A DNA stretch of 64,000 bases from Psammoneis japonica. Taxonomy: Eukaryota. The notes under the pieces were generated by a model that worked only from the letters and a program-made list of their open reading frames with translations, ran no database searches and was not told the origin of the DNA. The stretch lies in the NCBI GenBank assembly GCA_008632985.1, contig QPGO01000253.1:1-64000 (forward strand), written 5' to 3'. Numbering within the stretch: the first letter of the stretch is position 1; every line of letters begins with the position of its first letter. The position numbers and the translations under genes are program-made. Positions 40,111 to 52,993 of this stretch are shown piece after piece.

Positions 40111-40277
40111 GATCAAGTCGGCGTCGCTGTTTCGGACTCGATAAGATCTGGAGGTTTTTGAAAATGATTACGTATCTTGTTTTTTGCGGATCAAGTCCAC
40201 TCTCGCTGAGAGTGGATCAAGTCGGCGCCGCTGTTTTGGACTTGATAAGTTCTGAAGATATTAGAAAAGATTACGTA
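40111..40277 (+). repeat. Duplicated ~64-bp unit with hairpins, between the convergent 3' ends of DBP2 and the ABM gene
   Basis: GATCAAGTCGGCG...GATTACGTA at 40111-40174 and 40215-40277; 9-bp stem TCCACTCTC/GAGAGTGGA at 40196-40216. Confidence 0.8.
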
Positions 40278-40350
40278 CTGTATCTATAACTTCGTCTTCT
40301 CGTCCTTGTGCGAAGAGCGTGTCAGAAGTCACTGTATCATTATGAATGCC

Positions 40351-41070
40351 TTACTCGAGTGATCTGTAGAAGCTCACTACTGGTGGTTTGATGTAAGGGT
40401 CTTTGGCATTAAACTCCATACAGCGACCAAAGTGCGGTGTCTTTTCATGCGCATCGTATCCTTCCTGGCTATCGTATTCCTCGTGCATGTAAAAGGAGTT
40501 TGCCGTCTCGGTCGATTCGCCCCAGTCAAACTGAAGACATTGTGGTTCGGCCATACTCTTCTTTTGATGGCTGACCATGAGTTCCAAGAACTCTTCGCGG
40601 AATTCAGGCTTTATGCACAATTCGACATTTAGGCAAATGGCGGATCGTTTTGGAATATTCTTTGGAGTGTGGGTACACATGAATTTGTCAGTGACGGGGG
40701 GTTCTGAAAATGGCTCGGACTCCATCGCGACACGTACGGCAGCAAAATGAGGCATGGCCATGTGATCTTCATAATCTTTCAAGGTTTTGTACTGGGTGTG
40801 AACAAGAATGCTGTTCGGATCTTTCAAATCTTGTCCCACGACAAACTGGAGCGCCCCTGGCTCTTTCTCGAGAGTGACAACTTGATTCGCGCGGAGAACT
40901 TCCATGAAATCATCTTTTTGTTGTGGCTTCAGAACGAACCTGGTGTTGATTGCAAGAGGCCCTTCAAACATGGTTGAAAGGGAGACGGCGGTGGTGGTGA
41001 ATTGAAAGAGAAAAAGAGCGACGATTGACTGTGTCAGGACCCAGGACCATTGTGGCACGAATGAAGGCAT
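40351..41070 (-). CDS. Tandem ABM (antibiotic biosynthesis monooxygenase / LsrG-like) domain protein
   Basis: Two repeats of xKP..R..F......S..EP..LQF.......N....E.Y.......H...PHF. Start codon uncertain (41070 or 40971). Confidence 0.85.
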   Translation of the reverse strand: MPSFVPQWSWVLTQSIVALFLFQFTTTAVSLSTMFEGPLAINTRFVLKPQQKDDFMEVLRANQVVTLEKEPGALQFVVGQDLKDPNSILVHTQYKTLKDYEDHMAMPHFAAVRVAMESEPFSEPPVTDKFMCTHTPKNIPKRSAICLNVELCIKPEFREEFLELMVSHQKKSMAEPQCLQFDWGESTETANSFYMHEEYDSQEGYDAHEKTPHFGRCMEFNAKDPYIKPPVVSFYRSLE

Positions 41071-41074
41071 CACT

Positions 41075-42110
41075 CAACACGCGCACAAAAAAGGGCAAGC
41101 AAGGAGTGCGACGAGGGATTCCTAATTCCACATTGGAAGAGCTGGAAGCAGGAGGGTGAGCACCGAATGACCCCTTCCCCATCGGCTGCCATGGCCCTCT
41201 CATTGTTTGAAGAACAACAACAGCAAGTCATTGTGTTGTTTGGCTCAACTTGCTCCAGACAAACAGAAGGTGGGGCACCACCTCACATCCCCTGCCAGCC
41301 ACCAGCAGCTCTGGGAGCACCTTCCCAGATCTGGAAAATGCCAGTGGCACAATGGCCAGCACAGGGCAACACAACCTTCATTTCCACCCACGTGCACCAC
41401 CCAGTGCTGCCACAAGGAGCTCAGCCAGCACAAGCTCAAAGCCCCCCCCCCCCCCAGCACCCCTGCGCAAGAAGCTCAAATGTGCTGCAGCTGGAGAAAC
41501 CTCTGCCCCAAAGAGTGGAAGCAGACTGCCAAATGTTGACCCATGCACAAAGAACACAAACACTGTGCAAGGCTTCTTCTGTCAGAAGCTTTTTCAATGG
41601 TGGATCTTTGAGGTGAAGTGTGAGCTTTTTTTAAGCTCATGATTTTTTGGGAAATAAAACCAGATGATGCTTTGAACCAAAAATGCACGCATTTGCCAAA
41701 ATTGAGTTTCGGGCATCAGGCTGCCCAGCAGAGGCTGAACATTGTGGGCTTGCAGAGCATCAAAGCAGCGCGCACAGATGATGGCTGTGACTGTGCACAA
41801 TGTTTTGCTTGGTGGCTGTGGACATGTGTGCAAGTGGACAGCCAAGTGTCACTTGTTGGATGTTCTTCCCGGAGAAAGCTGTGAGGCTTCTTGTCTCCCA
41901 CAAGAAGGCTTCTGATTTTGTGGCAAGAGCAAGCAGCTTTTTCTCAATCTGGCAACACACAGGGCACAGGAGGCATGCAAGTGGCATTTGAAGCTTCGAA
42001 TGTGCAGCTTGCATGGCCATGCAACAGCCCAAGGGACATTGTGGAACACACATGTGTTTGGGGGCGTTCCGAGGCGCAGGCCAAAATGAAAATGACACGG
42101 TGAGTGTGGG
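41075..42110. repeat. ~1-kb TpA/CpG-depleted island, probably a decayed repeat
   Basis: Composition only; no recognisable domain or TIR. Confidence 0.55.
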
Positions 42111-42311
42111 AAATGCGAGCTATTTTAAATTAGACCTCACGGCAACCCCGGCGACCAGAACCAAGCGGAGCGCGCGATTGTCGCGCAAGGGGCTCGGGGC
42201 AGGCAAAACCGCAAAAACCGGAAAGACCGACCCACATCATCAATCACACTGAATACATCAAACTTGAAAACATCAAACGGATATCTAACACTGTCTTCGA
42301 CCTATTGAACG

Positions 42312-43336
42312 ATGAGATTGGTTCTTCCTGGATATGATAGATTTGCTGACGTCGTTGTGCCGGCTGCTATTGGGGTTTGGAGCGGGTACTTGTACAGCAG
42401 ACGTAGGAAACGAGAAACGACAACACGTTGTGAGAACATCGAGACAGACAACGAATCTTTCATGGCCAGTGTCCAAAGCGACAGGTGTGGCGTCCCGAAC
42501 TGCCTTATCCACTGTGGAACTATAACTGGGACGGTCGCATGACGAAAGAAACAACTTTTCAAGCGCTCAAGGAAGGGAAGAAAGCACAGGAGGAGTCACT
42601 CGTCATATCATCTTGATTAGACATGGCAGTACGACGAAAGCCACAAGGAGGACGAGAAACGAAAGCTAACGGATTTAGGCCGTGCTCAGGCCGAACTTAC
42701 AGGGCAACGACTTGGCATTATGGCCCAAGGATTCAACGAAAAGTTCGGCCCTTGCAAAATCAAGGTGATGAGAGTCAGTGGAATGTGTCGTGCAAGAGAA
42801 ACGGCCAACATCATATCGAAATACCTCCCTGACGACGTCGTTTTAGCAGAGCCCGATCCACTGCTCAACGAAGGAATGTAAGTAACATGCTCAGATTCTA
42901 ACACAGTCGCTCGTCGCACTCATTCTCACTTGGTGTTCTGAATTTACATTGTTAGACCAGCACAAATAATCCCAGTAAGACCGGAAATCAATGCGGAGGC
43001 ACAGTACGATATGCATCATGCAAGAATTGATCGGCATTCAAAAAGTACATTTACAGAGCTGATCCGTACAACAAATCTTCTGGCACTGACGACGATGAGG
43101 ACCGACATGAATTTGAAGTTATCGTGTGCCATGGCAATGTGATTCGGTACTTCTTTTGTCGAGCCTTGCAGCTTCCTCCAGAAGCTTGGCTTCGAATGTC
43201 CTTATTCAACTGTTCTCTAACATACTTGATGATCAAGCCGAATGGAACGGCTAGCTGTCGGTTGCTTGGCGACGTCGGACATCTTGGGTACAACCATACA
43301 ACATTCTCAATGGGACACGGCTTTGCTTGGTCGTAA
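42312..43336 (+). CDS. PGAM5: PGAM5-like Ser/Thr phosphatase (one intron from ~42878; several 1-nt frameshifts)
   Basis: WNYNWD motif, [58 protein letters not shown]. Confidence 0.85.
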
Positions 43337-43458
43337 ATCAGTCAATACGTCATTGACATTTTTCTTTCTAATGCATCATCAAGCAACTTTCTGAAGGGGA
43401 CACGGCTTCGCTTGGTCATGCGTCAGTAATTGATATCTAGTCTTTTGATAAAGCTTTG

Positions 43459-44438
43459 TCAAAAATAATTGTGTACATCGGCAGCTTGTGTTTTAGACCC
43501 TATTGTGCACTGGTAAAGGTAGCAAGTGCTCATGGTTGGCATATCAAGGAAACGACCGCGACCAGCACGCTTCCGATGACTGGCCACAAGCTTAAGTCTT
43601 TTCTGCACCACTTGGCGCTTGTGTAGGCGATCTCGTGGGCGCTGGCGATTTGAGACAGCACTGCGCTTCGTAAATGCTCTGAGAATAATCAACACAAGTT
43701 ACATCACTAGTGCCAACGAGCCTTCTATTGGCTTCCAACTCAATGTCGCCGCAAGAAACATTATTTCCATCCAACCCAACAACAATTTGCAAAGGATCAA
43801 GCAAGTTGGACGTTTGGCCACAAATACTACAACCCTCGGTGGTTGCAACCGGGTTGTCACATAGACAGTATCTTCCGATAGTAGCTTGGTGAGCAACGCA
43901 ATTTGCCGGATCGTCACGCTGAGACTCAAGTTCTAGTTCGGCACAGGTCGTATCGGGAAGACCTTCGAGAAGCGGAATTTTCAAAGGAGAGCCATCCTCA
44001 CAAAGTGTGCAGTTACCTAACTCTGGAGCAGCTTGATTGCATAAGCCTTCGTGACAAGCATGTGAAAGAGGTATTTGTTAGAAATTTGAAAATCAGAACA
44101 ACCCAGACACAAGACACTCGATAGTCCAACCGCAGGGCCCTACTCACACAACTTGTCGCCCAAATTCTGAAGAGAAGTACAGTTTGCTTCTGGTAACGCA
44201 ATGGCACCGCCATCTTTCATTTCCTGACAAGACACGATCTCTCGTCCCGTAGAAAAATTCCGCTGGATTGCCCAAAGTTGCGTTTGGATCGACACAAAGC
44301 GTGCAGTTACTACGGCATCCGACAGCGTGACACTTGTCGCCAAACATATCAGCAACAGCTGTCCTCCGTTTCTTGCTAGGAACGTCATTTGAACGGTCTT
44401 ATATATGGCCGACAAGAAGAGAAACAAACAACATGCAT
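43459..44438 (-). CDS. Secreted Cys-rich protein with repeated diatom-type C-x2-C...TC modules (intron and frameshifts)
   Basis: CTLC/CSICG...SCGDIE/TCAELE modules and a PTRSPT linker; gene model uncertain. Confidence 0.55.
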
Positions 44439-44589
44439 GAGCCGCTTCATTGAGGAGTGTGTCGTCGGGTGTCGGAGGTCGGAGGTCGGAGTCGTCGTCA
44501 ATTCAAAAACTGAGCATACAATTACTTCGTGGCTTTTATGGTAATAAGTTACCCACGACTGGACTGGCTCGTGACCAGCCGAGGGGTCA

Positions 44590-47500
44590 CCGTCAAAGCA
44601 GCCAGCTCAACATTTCTGCAAAACCATCAGGTTGAGCAGCCAGGTGCCCAGTGCCAACCAGGTTGAGCACTGTGTCCACTCCATCAGAAGCATGATCACG
44701 GATCTTGGCAGCTGGCAACTCTGGAATGAATTGAGCATGGCAACAATGCCAACTGGTGAATGAAGCGACACACCAAAAAACAAATGTTGGCATGATGCAC
44801 CCAGGAAAAATGCTTGGCTGTGTCGGCAAGCCAGCTGGCAGCCACTCTGTGGCAGGTGCTTGAAGCTTGATGTGGATGGTTGATCTGGCATCCAAGTTGG
44901 TGCTCTGTCAGCCTGGAAAATGCACAAGCAGCGGGTGTTCCAATGGCTGCATTTGTCAGCCAACGTGCCAGCTCTGTTGAAAAGCAATCAACGAGCTGTG
45001 AGAATTTTTACACGTTTGCACCAATGTGTCCCCCACTTTGCAGAGGCTCTAATTCAGTTGAACAGGTTGTTTGCACAACTGTTGAGTGAAAAATGCAGCC
45101 AAAGTTAGATGCTGCAAACTCACACTCTTCTTTTCCTGCTCCATTGTCTCCCGCCCCCCCAGGTGCCTGTCAGGAACAACAACCCTGCCCATGACATTGC
45201 CAACAATGAAACAGTTGATGCTGTTCCTTGCATGCCTGGTGCAAGAGGTGCCACAGTCTCAACACTTTTTTCTCCTGCTCTGCAAACGCCAGTTGTTGTG
45301 CAACAACACACAAAATGATGCCATGATGGCTGGTCATTGCCATGACATCAAACTGCGTTCTCCACTTGTGAAGGGGTTCAAGCACACACACTGTGCTGGT
45401 GTGTTTTGTTTTGTCACCACCTGCTGTGACTTTGCTTCAGGAGACAGAAGATGGTACCTCCATGCTCTTGAGCCACAAGCCACACACTGCAGCACACAGT
45501 GCTGCTCATGGACACCATTGTTTGTGCCATTCTCTGCATTGTCACTGTCGCTGTCAATCTTGCCCCAGCCACCTGTTTTTGCATTCTCCTTCTGCTGCTG
45601 CTCAGTGCATGTCATTCAAAGTTTGTCAGCACTTTTTTTGTGTTTGCAACCAAGCAGTTTGACAGGTCATCCCACCAGGACGAGCTCTGGTTTTTTCACA
45701 ATGTGACAATCAGCGGTGCCAAGTGTTGACTCACAATCAGATGAAAGTCTGTTTGGTTGTGGTGACATGCAGCCATCTGCCTGCTTGCTGTGAAAGAGGG
45801 CAATTTTGTGATCAGTTAAATGGAGGGCTGGAACCTGCAATGACAACAAAGTCAAGGCATGCAGATCACCAGCAGCAACCTCCTTTTTTGCTTGGGTCAA
45901 AACTGTGCAAAAATGTCCTCATGTGGGCTTGCACTTGCAAGCACAGCATGAGTTGAGCAGTCATGGTGCGGTCCACACAAGAGGGGATGTTTTGTGTTTG
46001 GGAAGAAAATGAAGTTAAGAGTTTGGAGCAGAGCAGTTGGCGGGCAGCAGCACACCAATGAAGTGGAGCAGAGATTTTGATCAAGAAGAACTCTGCCTCT
46101 TGCTGACTTTGACCACACATCATGGAGCCAGCCAGAGCACACCTTGCCTTTGCTGACAGTTTGAGATCACCTTGAAACAACACTTGTGTTCATTGCTTCA
46201 CACTGCAATGATTGAGGAAAGACACAAACCTTGAAAGAAATGGAGGTTGGCTTGCATGTGTGAGAGCAGACAACCAAATGAAGTTTGCATGGTGTGCACA
46301 TCATGAAGAAAAAGTTCTTTTGCACCAACAGTGGAGTGCACTCATCTCACAGCATGTCACTGCTGACAACATGCAACCCTCATTTTCAAAAAGTGGCACA
46401 TGCAGTCAGTGTCACAGGTGCTTTCACAAGAACCAAGACAATGCATTGAACAGCAGATGGGTGCTGCTAAAGCTCCATCATCTTGCCACAAGCTCTCAGT
46501 CATTTGTGGCTGCTGTGTCCTCAGTCAGGGTGTGTGGCTTGAAGATTGGTGACATCCTCAAACTCACAGAGATGATTGAACAAATGGACAACCTTGCCAG
46601 ACTTGTTGTTGATGATGAAGCAAAACATGTCTTGTCCATGAGCTTCCACCAGATCTCAGTTGGCTTTGGCAAAATGACCCTTGTCATGCAACTCATTGAT
46701 GGGGCCATTTGACCACAATGTCAAGTCAGCCACTGAACTTGGAAGTTGCTGTGGAAGCTCCTGGTGGTTGACCTTGAAGAGAGTGTTTCTCGTCCAAGCT
46801 GAGCACTTTTGAATGGTGGTGTTGAGTGCAAAGCAGCAGGTGCAATGACTCACTCATTTGCAGCTGCCATCCAGCCAGCAAGGAGCAACCCCCAAACAAG
46901 GGACATGGGTCTTGGCATGAGCACCACCACCACCACCACCTCCAAAGGGCATTTTTAGTGTGGCAAGAAACTGGCAAAACCCAAAGCTGATTTGGCATTG
47001 CATTTTCTAGCAGCTGCACTGCTGCCAGGTCGAAGGGTCAAGCTCTTCTTTTTTCCCTGACAGAAACTGGAGAGAGGAGGTGCCCTGGCAAAGCAAAGAT
47101 GCAGGGTGAGCAACAACAGAACCAAAAAACCTGTTTGCCAGGTCTGCCAAAGAACAGCTCATTTGCTGCAATGACCTCTGTGACAAACATGCAGTTGGGC
47201 ATGAGAACAGCCAGCCACTCAGTGCACAAATTCGAGTCCAGAATTGGCAGCACCTTGGGAGCTGGTGCCATTTTCACATTGGCATTTTTCTCTAACTGAT
47301 TGGCTCCATTGTTTTTGAGGAGCATGTGAACTCTGAGCATGGCAGGGGACCAATGGGAGCAAAATTCCAATGTGAGCATGTGCCAGCTCCCACGGTGCTG
47401 CTGGTTTTGGACACTGCCCATTGTCAAATGAAGCATGAAGCTAAAAAATCTCCTTTCTCTGTTTGTTCACCTTCCAGGGGATATATGATGCATGAAGAAG

Positions 47501-47600
47501 CACAAAGTAGAATGATTTCTCCAGCCAGGTGGAGCTGCAGGCTCTGTTGGCGACTGCAAACAATGAGCTCTGCGAAAAAGGAGTGACAAACAGCGTGACG
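44590..47600. repeat. ~3-kb TpA/CpG-depleted block, probably a decayed TE
   Basis: Same composition as the TE blocks; no domain recognised; boundaries approximate. Confidence 0.6.
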
Positions 47601-47839
47601 TGTGGTTTCTGTTGACTGCATCTTCGCACTGTGGCTACCACATAGTCACGGCAACAAAAGAAATGAAAAAAGGCATACAGAGCGCACCGAATGAACAAGC
47701 GCCACCGACTACAGTGCCGTACAGCTACTTGAAATGCGGCAGCTTCCGGACGAAACTCACTGGTAGAGGACAACAGGATTCTTTACCGTTTTGCTCGCAG
47801 TGACAACATGCAAAATCTAATTGTACATCATTTCGCTCT

Positions 47840-48898
47840 TTATAAATCCGGTTCGTCCCGAGGTGGCCCCGTGTATCCCTTGTTGATCTTCTTGTCGCCA
47901 AAGTGATTCCAAGGCACCGTGGTGGTTCCCATATCTGACAGATGCGCCGTGTGTCCATTGAAGCCTCCCACCTTGCTGTAGTGATCAAGATCCCATACAT
48001 CTGTATCAGATGTGCGCGTCAATCGAAAGATTCCACATGGTCCTGCAGCGTTTATGTCGGAAAGGGACAGGTTTGCAGCAGCTCTTGTTAGCGCTACGCA
48101 ACCTGCAGCGTGAGAAATGACGATAATGGCTGTTTTGGGTACATAGGTAAACCGCCGATTCAATGCCGCCATGGCCCGGTCGCATCTACCAACGAACTCA
48201 TCTTTGCGTTCTGTGTGTCAATAATTGTTGCAGCACCATACGGTTAGGAAGATATGGGTGAAACATTGAAAAGACTTAAAAAAGCAACAACGGCACAGCA
48301 ATCACAGGAAAAATATACACACCTGGAAGCGTAGGGACAAACACACTTTGATAGTTTTCGTTCAGACGAGGAAAGTAGCACTTGCGTTCCTCCAAGCTTG
48401 GCAACGACTCGTGCGCTTTACCGTCATGTCCATCGATTTCAAATACCGAATACTCAGGATTGATTTGAACCTGATCCATGTCGGTCTTTTTGAACATATT
48501 CAGTGCATCGTCCGACGTTTGAAGACATCTCAGAAATGGGGAACTCAGCCAAGTTACATCATCTGCAGCGATCCCATCTTGTGCAAGTATCGAATCAAGA
48601 AACACACCCGTTTCCCGGCTGTTGGTGCCCAAGCGTACTCAGAGGCGGATCACCCCTTCGAGTAGATGTTTCGGCCCACTTTACAATCAATTCATTACAG
48701 AGAAGGATGAGTAAACAACAAAGAATGTAATGAGAAAAAAAAATCGGGACTGGCTAGAGAAAGGCTCGTGCTCGCTCAACGGGTTCGTCGTACCTCTGGG
48801 TGCGAATAGTCCCATCGGTCACCGTGGCGAATGATATAGAGCGACTGCTTTTCTCCCTCCACAGCAGCGACATTTTGCGCAGCATCTTCTGGTGGCAT
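47840..48898 (-). CDS. Histidine phosphatase (PGAM) superfamily protein, 3 exons
   Basis: LYIIRHGDRWD, SSPFLRCLQT, IVISHAAG; two GT-AG introns near 48680-48793 and 48212-48322. Confidence 0.85.
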
Positions 48899-49365
48899 GG
48901 TGTGTGGTTGAGGCAATATTAGTATTAGGATATCCTGTTTCTGTCGACGCTTGGCGATGTCTGCCGACTGCCGACGTGTGTTGCTCATGTGTGTTCAGTG
49001 TGTGAGGCTTTTCGATTTTTTTCCGCGTCTCGCTCAGTCGGGCAGCGGCACACGTCATCATTACGATCGAACGCGGCTGTACCGTTAAATGCTGACGTTA
49101 ACTTTATCCAACTTTGAATAAGGATAATAATACGATCGGTGCGACGGACGAACTGCCTCCATCCGCCGCGTGCGCGCGTGCATCGTGCGTGCATGCTGGA
49201 TGCATGCTGGATGCTGGATGCATGATGCATGCATGCCAAAAACCAAAAATATTTTTTCGTGTGCGCGTTATTGTTGGGTAGGTCTATTGTAATGACTTTG
49301 TTGCTTTCGACTCTCTTTATTTATACGGTATTGTAACGAAGTAACTATTAAAAAAGCAATACAGC

Positions 49366-50964
49366 ATGGAACCTTTGGAAACATCTATGGATGAAAACGA
49401 GGAGGACGCAGCCTCGTTTGATCCATCTCTTCCTCCTCTGGATCGTCGCATCCTGACCGTGATCAAGTCATGCCCTGATTACACAATCCGTCCCGCCCGA
49501 TTGGCATCCGAACTGGGTATGAGTGTCAATGATGCGTGCGCTGAACTTTGTGGTCTTTTATCGGCAGTTGGAGGTGGTGAGAAAGGGCCTCTTTTCGTTT
49601 TGAAAAACACGACAATGGCGCTCCGCCACCATGGTCTTTACCTTTCCTCCTGATTTCGAACGAAAAGCCTTATCAAGTCGACGCAGACAAGATTTTCGAT
49701 TGATGCTTCGAGGTGTCGCAGAGGTTGCGTTTAAAGTTGTCAAGATTGTCACAGCGTTCGGTCTTATTCTGTCACTTTTGATCCTGACTGTGGCTGGGAT
49801 TGTAGGAATGGTGGCCGCAATTATTGCCATGTCGAGGGGAGGAGTGTCCAATCAGCATCGATCAGAGCAATGAGACGAGTTCGATCAATGTTCTTCACAA
49901 TGAGACAGTTGCTATGGTGTTATGCTGTGTTTGGATCGAACTTTGAAGGGCAGGATCCGTTTTTACGGGAAATTGCAATGGATTTAGCACTCTTCTCATC
50001 GGTATGCTGCGGGAACCCCGGAAGTCTTTCTTTTGGTTACGAGCAAGCCAGTTGAGTCGCCGTAGAGCGCGATACGGACGGGGGTGGGGAGGTCGATACC
50101 AATCCAATTCGAGTCCTGAGGGTGTCTCGTTGATGCAGAGGGGTACTTGGTTTAATGAAGAAGAATCAAGTCGTCCAAATCCATGCAGACGGCGACCATC
50201 GTGGGGTGTTGTCGGTGGCTGTCGAATTCTTATTCGGCCCAACACCAATCGATCCAGGACCGTCGGAGAATGACAGATGGAAGATTCGGGGAGCAGCAAT
50301 CATGCAAATGTCATCGAAGGCATGAATGGAGTGTCCTTGGAGCAGCTTAGTCCCTACTCCGAGTACCCGGCTGCCTCTTTGGATCAAGACGCCAAAGTTG
50401 TCGCAGGCGGACTTGACATCGTGTCACATTTCAATGGCATTCCTGTTTCTGACAGTGATTTTTCGTCTGAGGGACCGACAAAGGCAAGATTTTTCTTTCC
50501 GGAGCTCATGGCTGAAAGTAATGTTGCCGCGAAATTTGAAGAAAGCCGGACGTTGACGATGGTTCCTGGGGATACCTGATGTACGCCAAGGATGTGCCCA
50601 TTTCACTTAACTGGTCAACAGAAGAAGAAGCTTTCTTAAAAGAACGACGATACGTGTTGACAAGGTTGGAGCTAAAGCAGTTTCTTCATTGCGTGGGGCT
50701 GGGAACGTTGAATGCTGTCGGTGTCGTTTTCTTCGGACAATCACTAGAGCCGGGTGGGATGCTTTACGCCGGTCCCAATAACGTTCTTGTCACGGCAAGT
50801 CGAGAATTCTTCTCCCCGTTCTTAGATTTTATGCGGTGCTTTTTTTCGTTTTACCGGCAGCACGCTTGCTCGTCATTGTGGTTGTGAACGCAATGCGAGA
50901 GAAGAGGAATCGACGACGCATAAATCTTGCCAGAGCAGTAAAAGGGTCGGAGTCAACCTCTTAA
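49366..50964 (+). CDS. Multi-pass membrane protein resembling the plant/cyanobacterial At5g03900 family; several frameshifts
   Basis: LASELGMSVNDACAEL..L....GG...VFTFPPDF, TM helices, HFNGIP...FFFPEL, pieced together across frames. Confidence 0.5.
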
Positions 50965-50987
50965 GTCAGGGATGTAACATGGACATG

Positions 50988-52544
50988 TCATGTGCTTTTC
51001 GGCGAAAAGAATCTTGTTATCTGCTGCGTGGACTTCATTTGTTTCTTTTCAGTTTTGGATCGTTGCTTCTTTGGCTTTGTAGGAGATGCCGCTTTCGTCA
51101 AGAGAGAATCGAGCGCTCGTTCCATGCAGTTGCCGTGGCGCTTCAGAGCATTCTTCGATGTTTCGGCATCAAACCCCATTGCGACCAACGTAGACTCTGA
51201 GTCGGGTTCATGTTTGCGTTTTTTTCTGGACTCGTTGGTGCTCTGATCAGCCACTGTGGCTACATCTTTAGTGGCGTCATCGTCGCATGAGGATAAGTCC
51301 ACTGTAATTGGTGCCTTTTGTGCTTTGCTCTGCTGAGAATTCATTGATTTGAAAAATTGCTGCTTGGCGCGTTTCGTATCTACCATATTTCGAAAGCACC
51401 CCTCGATTCGCCTTCGGTCTTTTCATCGGAAAATACCGTTGGAACTACCTTGCGTGGACGCAAGAATTCCACAAACGAGCACAATTCAGAAAAGGCAGAG
51501 TGCTCGGAGTAGCAAACTAGTCGAATCTCCACCTGCATAGATCGCCCATCGCGCTCAATGTCTTTTATGCTTACGGCATTCTTCTTGTTCCAATTGGACC
51601 CCGCTGCCCATCCCGTGGGTAAAAATGCCACGACCCGGCAGTATTGTTTATCCAATTTTTGAGCATATTCAAAACACGCTTGGTAGTTTGGCTGGAAGAA
51701 CGGCCATAGCTCTCCGGCCATGCCCATTGGTATCACGTGCAGATCGCTCTTGGATGCATCTAAGGTGCAACGTTCGATGATGCGGCTCGATATGTCAGTA
51801 TCTTGATGTTGCTCGATGCATTGAAGCATACGATATTTTTTCTCAGTCACATAACAAGTTGATTGACCGCGACGACGATTCCCAAAGTACCTTTTCCTTT
51901 CCAATGGAATAGCATGATAACAACACCAGCGTTTGGTCATGCCTGTGTGAGTCAGGTGACGATCCAAGGATATCGTGCACTTGTGATGCAATCGTGTTGA
52001 CGGCCTCATTTTGAGGCACAAACTCGTGCTTGGGGTGCCCATAGGTCGTGTCCAGATAAACTAGATCAAGTCTATTCTTCTCGACAGCCTTGCGAAGGGC
52101 GGGGTAGTTTTTCATTTTCTCATGATATCTCATGTCGCCAGTGTGTAAATGATTTGTACCATCACGTAATTCAAAAAGGACAATCGCTGCTCCAGGACAG
52201 TGATTTGCGTCAAAGAATGTAACTCTACAAGAGTTGTCGTTCTTTGCCTCATCCCCACTGCATTCGATTCTAAAAGATCTTCCATAGTCATGCGCCTGAA
52301 CAAACTGTGACGGAACACCGTGAACGTTTATCAACAGGGAGGAAGTCACGAGAGTACAGTGAATAATGGCAGGACCTTGATATTTTCCATCTCTCGGCAA
52401 GCCTCCATAATGATCTCCGTGGTAGTGGGTCAGGATAAAGGTGCAAGAAGGATCTTGTGTTTTCCCTGCATATCTACCGCGAAAGGCATCGACGTACACA
52501 CCAGGGCATCCATCAATTTCGTGGCACGATGCATCCGAGTTCAT
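50988..52544 (-). CDS. SNM1: SNM1/PSO2 (DCLRE1A-like) MBL-beta-CASP crosslink-repair nuclease with C-terminal UBA and PIP-like box; frameshifts near 51865 and 51410
   Basis: LTHYHGDHYGGL, DANHCPGA, HTGDMR, YLDTTY, YSIGKE, PTGW, YSEHS; LVAMGFD...MERALDSLL; TQQITRFF. Confidence 0.88.
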
Positions 52545-52771
52545 AACTGGAGTACTTTTAGTGTACTTGTAGATTAGTCGTGGCGGATGTTACTGGACAA
52601 ACGGCGTGGAGTGACGGGTGCTATTGTTTTGCGGACAAGAAACGGCAAGGGCGCATGGTTGTTTTTGAGTTTCTTCCTCTCGCCTCTCGCTCGCGTCGTT
52701 GCGGAGTCGGAGGGAAATCCGGAGAACTACGAGCGATGGACAGGCCAAAAGAGTACCGGTAACGCGACGCA

Positions 52772-52851
52772 CGCGTAGGGCCCTACGCGCGCACGCAACG
52801 TCTGGTCTTCTTCCGTAGGGCTACCACTTACAGACCTCCCAGTTGGGAGTG
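52772..52851. repeat. 18-bp palindrome plus an inverted copy of the 29774 repeat unit, in a divergent intergenic region
   Basis: CGCGTAGGGCCCTACGCG at 52772-52789; GTCTTCTTCCGTA-GGGC-TACCACTTACAGACCTCCCAGTTGGGAGTG at 52805-52851. Confidence 0.85.
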
Positions 52852-52993
52852 GGCGGGCGGGCGGGCGCGCCCGCTGGGCACCCGCGAGCAGGCTACCGTC
52901 CGTCCGCCGTCAGTAATCACTCGCTTCTGCTTCTGCGCTCGCGACCTCTTCAATCTGCTCAATGGCGTCGGATGCGGGCTCTGACCAGCAACA

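Noticed and set aside
41075..47600. TIRs or LTRs bounding the two central TA-depleted blocks
   Set aside because: Block ends were compared by eye and no matching termini or TSDs were found.
49165..49240. GCATG/GGATG-rich simple repeat in a divergent intergenic region
   Set aside because: Low-complexity sequence; no evidence of specific function from the sequence alone.
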